This document shows, piece by piece, positions 55,544 to 60,299 of a stretch of DNA of 60,299 bases. Each line of letters starts with the position of its first letter. The stretch's first letter is position 1. The notes under the pieces were generated by a model, which saw nothing but the letters and a program-made list of their open reading frames with translations, searched no databases and was not told the DNA's origin. The stretch lies in IMG/VR virus record IMGVR_UViG_3300029305_001143. The stretch is one strand, 5' to 3'. The position numbers and the translations under genes were made by a program. This DNA is from an uncultured virus (IMG/VR IMGVR_UViG_3300029305_001143) (lineage: Duplodnaviria > Heunggongvirae > Uroviricota > Caudoviricetes).

Positions 55544-55702
55544 TTATTTGAAAGCTACTACGAAGAAGTTCCAAGGCAGATAGTTATGAGGCACTTCCAT
55601 ATTATGAGCTACGATATCCCACCAAGAGATAACGACCCAGAGGAAAAGAGCGAGGAAGGCAACACAGGCAACGAACTTAAACAACTTCAGGAACATCTTC
55701 AT
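55544..55702 (-). CDS. Small membrane protein (52 aa)
   Basis: MKMFLKLFKFVACVAFLALFLWVVISWWDIVAHN...WNFF; after a class I promoter and a strong RBS. Confidence 0.65.
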   Translation of the reverse strand: MKMFLKLFKFVACVAFLALFLWVVISWWDIVAHNMEVPHNYLPWNFFVVAFK

Positions 55703-55738
55703 AGTTAATTTCTCCTTAAACTAAATTAGGGACTCACC

Positions 55739-55776
55739 CTTACATTATTATAATTCGTAATGCAAAGGTGAATCCC
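55739..55776 (-). promoter_or_regulatory. Class I promoter inside an inverted repeat (55728-55777)
   Basis: AGGGAT-N14-CGAATTATAATAATGTAAG. Confidence 0.8.
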
Positions 55777-55779
55777 TCC

Positions 55780-56472
55780 TTAAATTTCATAAGGATTACT
55801 CAGATTCCAATCCCAGATATTGCTTTGATCATAGTCCTTATACTTATTCCTGAATATATTATGAGCATCCTGAGGATTCTCATACCAAGTACCTAAGAAC
55901 CACAAATAGTCACTAGGTAGCACCCTACCTACATCCTCTTCACCTAATTTCTCACGTACCCATCTAGTCAGCACATCTACGACCAAGGAGTAATTCTTAT
56001 CCAATACAGGATGAGAAGGATTGTAACCTGTGAACTGAGTAGGGAATGTTACTACATATTCAATAGATACTCCACAGGCATAACCTGTAGTGTCGTATCG
56101 ATTAAGTACGCACCATATAACGGCAGCTCTTTCCATATCGGACTTGATACCTGAGGCTTCTCCATGTAGTAACTTAGATAGCATTATGATATCGTCTTCA
56201 GTGAAGTAATCATATATATTGACAAGATCCTCTACTACAGGTTCTTCACTAGGTATAATCTCAGGAGGTACAGTATCCTCTACTTCAGGAGTAGGTAATA
56301 CCTCAGTCTGCTGAGGAGTAGGACTGGCAGTGATCTCAGGAGTAGGGACTATTTCATCTTCCTGACTCTCCAAGGAGTAGATGAAAATATTCAGATAAAT
56401 ATTCAGTAGAAGAGCTATAATAAGTAAGACTTCTACTGCAAGACTGATTACTAGCCATACTTTTGTTCTCAT
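55780..56472 (-). CDS. Membrane-anchored SleB/Hydrolase_2-like cell wall hydrolase
   Basis: N-terminal TM, Pro/Thr linker, LSKLLHGEA.G...AAV.WCVLNR, VVT.P.QF.GY. Confidence 0.8.
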   Translation of the reverse strand: MRTKVWLVISLAVEVLLIIALLLNIYLNIFIYSLESQEDEIVPTPEITASPTPQQTEVLPTPEVEDTVPPEIIPSEEPVVEDLVNIYDYFTEDDIIMLSKLLHGEASGIKSDMERAAVIWCVLNRYDTTGYACGVSIEYVVTFPTQFTGYNPSHPVLDKNYSLVVDVLTRWVREKLGEEDVGRVLPSDYLWFLGTWYENPQDAHNIFRNKYKDYDQSNIWDWNLSNPYEI

Positions 56473-56529
56473 AATGACCTCTCATGCTAAATATAATGGA
56501 GACCCCATCTCTGGAGTCTCCATCTCTCG

Positions 56530-56925
56530 TTACAGACTCTGAAGCTTATCCTTATAATCACAGAGGAGATCTGCCAAAGTTGCATCATCCTTAGCCAGTA
56601 GCTCATAGAGAGCAGTCTCCTGGAGGGATTTAACTCGCATATCCATAGCTCGCTTGATAGCAAGGATCTCTTTCTCCTTCTCCTCGACCTCTCTGTATCG
56701 ATCCATATTGACTTTCTGGACCAGATACTTAGTAGCCTTCTTCTGCAGAGAAGGATCTTCGACATCAGCACAGACGACCAGTGCGAGATTCAGTCCGACA
56801 GTGGAAGTGTCTACAACGACCTGATCACCTGCTTCGACCTCGAAGAAAGTCTTGTAGTAATAATCCTTGCTATTGTAGACAGAAGAACCATTACTCTTGA
56901 ACTTGACAGTGACTACTTTAACCAT
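56530..56925 (-). CDS. Hypothetical phage protein
   Basis: VKF...K.Y.Y....GD.VVV.T; 131 aa. Confidence 0.75.
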   Translation of the reverse strand: MVKVVTVKFKSNGSSVYNSKDYYYKTFFEVEAGDQVVVDTSTVGLNLALVVCADVEDPSLQKKATKYLVQKVNMDRYREVEEKEKEILAIKRAMDMRVKSLQETALYELLAKDDATLADLLCDYKDKLQSL

Positions 56926-56954
56926 GATGTAATTCCTCCTAGTTGAATTTAAAG

Positions 56955-57233
56955 TTAATCTACCAAGAATCTGCGGGACTCAGAAACTACTTTGAACTGC
57001 TCGAAGAGATCAGGATGAGCTTCCTTGAACAGTTTCTGACTGAATCGATTGGAAGCTACCATATTCCAGCTAACCTGCCAGTCATCACCTTGAAGCTCAT
57101 AGATATGCTTGGAATCCATGAACTCCTTGATCTCATTCTCCAGTCTCTCAATCTTCCGATCGAGAGTATCTCGTTCCAGCCTCAGCTGACGCAGTGCTTT
57201 GACATTCGCTTCGATGACACTCAGACTTACCAT
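56955..57233 (-). CDS. Hypothetical early protein
   Basis: 92 aa, coiled coil then F..K.FK..HPDL; after a class I promoter. Confidence 0.75.
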   Translation of the reverse strand: MVSLSVIEANVKALRQLRLERDTLDRKIERLENEIKEFMDSKHIYELQGDDWQVSWNMVASNRFSQKLFKEAHPDLFEQFKVVSESRRFLVD

Positions 57234-57268
57234 GATGCACTCTCCTTTAAGTTAAATTCCACGATGAG

Positions 57269-57306
57269 CTTACATCCATATAATTCGTGAAGAGTATCAG
57301 GATCCC
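57269..57306 (-). promoter_or_regulatory. Class I promoter
   Basis: AGGGAT-N14-CGAATTATATGGATGTAAG. Confidence 0.75.
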
Positions 57307-57312
57307 TCCTAA

Positions 57313-60276
57313 TTATTTCAAAATTTTAGGCATCCATCTAATCTTCCTAGTCATCATATTGAATGTCTTATCATCGAAACTCAAGTTGAGTGCACGTCGA
57401 GCTACAAGATCACCAGCTCTATTGAAGAACTCTTCTTCCTCTAGGATATCATCTTCCACTATATCATAAGAGAATCGAGACTCTTCCATGATATCTTCGA
57501 TGATATAATCGTAGCCCTTCAAGATGAATGTTCTAGATCCATCCTCATGTACTATCATATCTTTTACAGCTACGGTATCTCCCATAGAAGTAGCTAATTC
57601 TACGTCGATACCTAGAGGAGCTGTAATCCAATTCTCAGCTTCATTCAGATCCTTCATAGAATACTTCAGAGCATCATATGCTTGGAACCACTCTCCTGGT
57701 GCTGCATCCAATTCGATAGAGTCGTGAATGAATCCTACAATCTGAGAATCTAATTTATTCTCTTTAAAGTAATCGTTCATCCATACGATAGACTGGAATG
57801 ATAGATCAGAACCTGAACTCTGAATGATACCATTCTGTGCTTGTCTCAGAGCTGCAGAGTACTTGCCTCTATCGTTAGGATTCTGTGCTGCTAGTACATA
57901 TTTGATGCGTCCCATAGGTGTACGTACGCATCCGTACTGCCTTGCATAGTCATGAGTAGATTCGATATATTGCTTGATACCTGGGAATGCTGCATAGAAT
58001 GACTCGAATAAGTCATGCACTTCCTCAGGAGTTCTACCTGTACTCTCTGCTACAGACTTCTCAGAAGAACCATACAATAGAGAGAAGGAGATAGTCTTAG
58101 CGAATCTACGTTCTGAATCTACAATATCCTCTTCAGGACGAGCAAATACCTTAGATGCATTGAATCGGTGAATGTCCTTGCCTTGTCTATAAGCGTCAGC
58201 TAGACTAGGGTCTCCATAGTATCTCTCAATGATAGAAGCCAGTACTCGTAACTCCAACTGAGATTGGTCAGCTGTGACGATGAGTCCTCCTCTATCTTTC
58301 CAATGAGACACGAACAATCTCTTAATATCACTACCTGCAGGTACAGTATGAAGACTGGGATCTCGAGAAGCTACTCGTCCAGTTTCTACAGTATGGAGTA
58401 GATATCCTGGATGGATATGCAGATCCTGCTGACCTTCAGGTACTTCCACGTACTTACACTCTCTCCCATCGAAAGCATCATTATGATGCATGAACTTACG
58501 TAGTCCTACGAGATAAGCTGTCATCAACTTCTTCAGTTTCTTGTACTCTCTGAAGGTATTTAGGAATTCTAGCTTCCTCTCTTCTCCCTCTTTCTCTCGA
58601 TACTCCTTAATGAGGTCGATAAGTACAGTCTCCGAAGTACTAGGATCACCCTTACCTGTTGTTCCCTTCACAGGGAATCTAAACTTGCTGTAGAATACCT
58701 CTGTGTTATGCTTAGCAGATGCAGGATTGAACTCTACATTATTCTCTCTTTCGAACTCCTGCACTTCTCTGAAGTTCCTCAGAACCTCTAGATTGTGGTC
58801 CATCTTCTCCTGATAGATTTTAGTCCATCTATCAATATCTACGATACGAAGACCCTTAAGCTCCATATTTGCGAAAGCTTCAGCACCTTTGATCATCATC
58901 TCATAAGCTCTCAATAGTCCAGCATCAGACTCAATCAGAGGTCTGAATACCTCTCTCAGCTTGTAGGTAGCTATAGCATCCATACCTGCATAGTCATTCA
59001 TGATACGAGCAGGTACCATCCACATTAGTACGTCATTATCGTCAGATTCTTCTTGTTTGATATAATAGTCAGGATCTTTGATGATATCCCAGAATCTATG
59101 GATATCTTCAGCAGTCACTCCTAGATGATCTTTATACTCATATACTAACTCTTCTACTTTATCCTCTGATAGATACTTCCTACGCTTCAGAGCTGCGAAT
59201 ATATCCTTATAATCATCCATATACTCTTCCCAAGGAGGCATAGCTAAGAATCTACCTGCTAAGAATTTCAAGCCATGCTTGATACCTGGATAGGCTAAGA
59301 AGAGAATATAAGACATATACATCGTATCATCTACGATATTTGGAGTGAATCCCCACAGCACTTTAGCATATCTATGCTCATGCTTCGCATGATGAGCCAC
59401 TACTTTCTTAGTAGTTAATAACTTCTTAGCTGCAGCTACCATACGAGATCTATCTTCATCAGTAATCTCAGGAAGCTCTGGATGATACATGAAGATATTA
59501 TATCCTGTGAGTCCATCTACGCATAGAGAGAATGAAGTAATCTTAGCTCCTTTAATTAAAGGATTCAATCCATTCGACTCAGTATCGAATCCTACATACT
59601 CGATACTAGGATTATTACACCAGATATCTACAATACGCTCTAATTGATTCACATTGATCGTGATAGACTTATACTTACCCTCACTACGACCTGCCATAGC
59701 ATGACGACAAGCATATACGATATCTTCTATGAAACGATTATAAACCTGCTCGTTCTCAACATTAGCAATATAAGAAGGATGATAAGTCGCTAGGAACTTA
59801 CAGAAGTGACCTCTAGTCTCTAAGGTATGAGATCTTTCTCTAAACTTCTTGATATCGTTCTCAGTCTTGACTTCAGTATCAATAACATAACCATTATATA
59901 CTAGAACATCCAGAGAAGCTTGACCTAAAGCTAGGACACACTTAGGTCTCAGCTTAGAGATATCTTCCTCGAACTTCTCTTTCAAACAAGTAGTATATTC
60001 GAGTAACTCAGGTTTACGATATCTCCTGGAATACTTGTCGATAGGGATACATCTAATCAGGTCGGTTACTTGAAATTTTACACCTACCTGATTCAGTAAG
60101 TCCCACAAGAAACCGTATTGATCTCCAGAGAGAGGATACCCTGTAACATCATCATCTGCTCTAGGATAATCAGATACTATCAGGAGCTCACACTCTTCAG
60201 GAGCACAATTACCACTAGTTTTTATCTGTTGGTAAGAACACTCTGAGAGATTACACGCTACACATCTCTGCATCAT
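57313..60276 (-). CDS. polA: Family A DNA polymerase with N-terminal UDG-like domain and 3'-5' exonuclease
   Basis: C..C.L, RC.P, LG..S, ATYHPSY (UDG); FDTESNG, YAGMDA (exo); TGR..S..P, DQSQLELR, R..AK...F..LYG, IHDS. Confidence 0.94.
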   Translation of the reverse strand: MMQRCVACNLSECSYQQIKTSGNCAPEECELLIVSDYPRADDDVTGYPLSGDQYGFLWDLLNQVGVKFQVTDLIRCIPIDKYSRRYRKPELLEYTTCLKEKFEEDISKLRPKCVLALGQASLDVLVYNGYVIDTEVKTENDIKKFRERSHTLETRGHFCKFLATYHPSYIANVENEQVYNRFIEDIVYACRHAMAGRSEGKYKSITINVNQLERIVDIWCNNPSIEYVGFDTESNGLNPLIKGAKITSFSLCVDGLTGYNIFMYHPELPEITDEDRSRMVAAAKKLLTTKKVVAHHAKHEHRYAKVLWGFTPNIVDDTMYMSYILFLAYPGIKHGLKFLAGRFLAMPPWEEYMDDYKDIFAALKRRKYLSEDKVEELVYEYKDHLGVTAEDIHRFWDIIKDPDYYIKQEESDDNDVLMWMVPARIMNDYAGMDAIATYKLREVFRPLIESDAGLLRAYEMMIKGAEAFANMELKGLRIVDIDRWTKIYQEKMDHNLEVLRNFREVQEFERENNVEFNPASAKHNTEVFYSKFRFPVKGTTGKGDPSTSETVLIDLIKEYREKEGEERKLEFLNTFREYKKLKKLMTAYLVGLRKFMHHNDAFDGRECKYVEVPEGQQDLHIHPGYLLHTVETGRVASRDPSLHTVPAGSDIKRLFVSHWKDRGGLIVTADQSQLELRVLASIIERYYGDPSLADAYRQGKDIHRFNASKVFARPEEDIVDSERRFAKTISFSLLYGSSEKSVAESTGRTPEEVHDLFESFYAAFPGIKQYIESTHDYARQYGCVRTPMGRIKYVLAAQNPNDRGKYSAALRQAQNGIIQSSGSDLSFQSIVWMNDYFKENKLDSQIVGFIHDSIELDAAPGEWFQAYDALKYSMKDLNEAENWITAPLGIDVELATSMGDTVAVKDMIVHEDGSRTFILKGYDYIIEDIMEESRFSYDIVEDDILEEEEFFNRAGDLVARRALNLSFDDKTFNMMTRKIRWMPKILK

Positions 60277-60299
60277 CTAAATCCTGCACCTCCATATCC

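Noticed and set aside
10125..57306. The recurring 38-bp element as a CRISPR repeat or integron attC-like site
   Set aside because: Copies are hundreds to thousands of bases apart with genes between them, have a variable middle with fixed spacing, always point into genes, and no cas or integrase gene is in the window.
50..57727. Long plus-strand ORFs (e.g. 50..574, 25720..26433, 33600..34628, 51800..52456)
   Set aside because: They lie opposite well-supported minus-strand genes, are Ser/Leu/Ile-rich shadows of the codon bias, and show no recognisable motifs.
6692..60276. Introns or inteins in terL, nrdD, recA or polA
   Set aside because: The ORFs are continuous and of ordinary length with no intein terminal motifs; the short RecA insertion is too small and lacks them.
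1..60299. Stop-codon reassignment
   Set aside because: Conserved genes translate full-length in code 11, TAA, TAG and TGA all end genes, and no suppressor tRNA (CTA, TTA or TCA anticodon) is present.

Overview
This is a 60.3-kb segment of a large lytic dsDNA tailed phage, probably infecting an anaerobic Bacillota (Clostridia-type) host, judged from its SigH and SigF/G-type sigma factors, class III RNR, SleB-like hydrolase and strong GGAGG RBSs. All credible genes lie on the minus strand; the long plus-strand ORFs are antisense shadows. From left to right it carries a T4-like head module (major capsid protein running off the edge, gp21-like prohead protease, acidic core protein, gp20-like portal, TerL), then a block of proteins sharing an N-terminal leader, then about 20 kb of small early-type genes and nucleotide metabolism (nrdG, nrdD, FTR-like, kinase). 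Next come a tRNA island (14 well-formed tRNAs, several aberrant tRNA-like elements, an HNH gene and a ~480-nt structured non-coding stretch), a SigF/G-like sigma overlapped by a MazF-like gene, and a replication/recombination module (RuvC, dUTPase, SbcCD, 5'-3' exonuclease, RecA, SSB, NAD ligase, UDG-PolA). The best candidate for an undescribed system is a phage SigH homologue carrying the same leader and protease-type (hydrophobic-x-E) sites as about 8 otherwise unrelated proteins, which suggests it is packaged in the head and injected. It co-occurs with 17 fixed-spacing SigH-like promoters (AG[G/T]GAT-N14-CGAATTATA) and a second promoter class (GCYYA-N16-CGTTNCTTAT) that fits the second sigma. 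Together these suggest a virion-primed sigma cascade, and the likely cargo includes a YafQ-nucleotidyltransferase fusion with a 40-aa mini-antitoxin. All family calls are by eye from motifs; no database searches were run.
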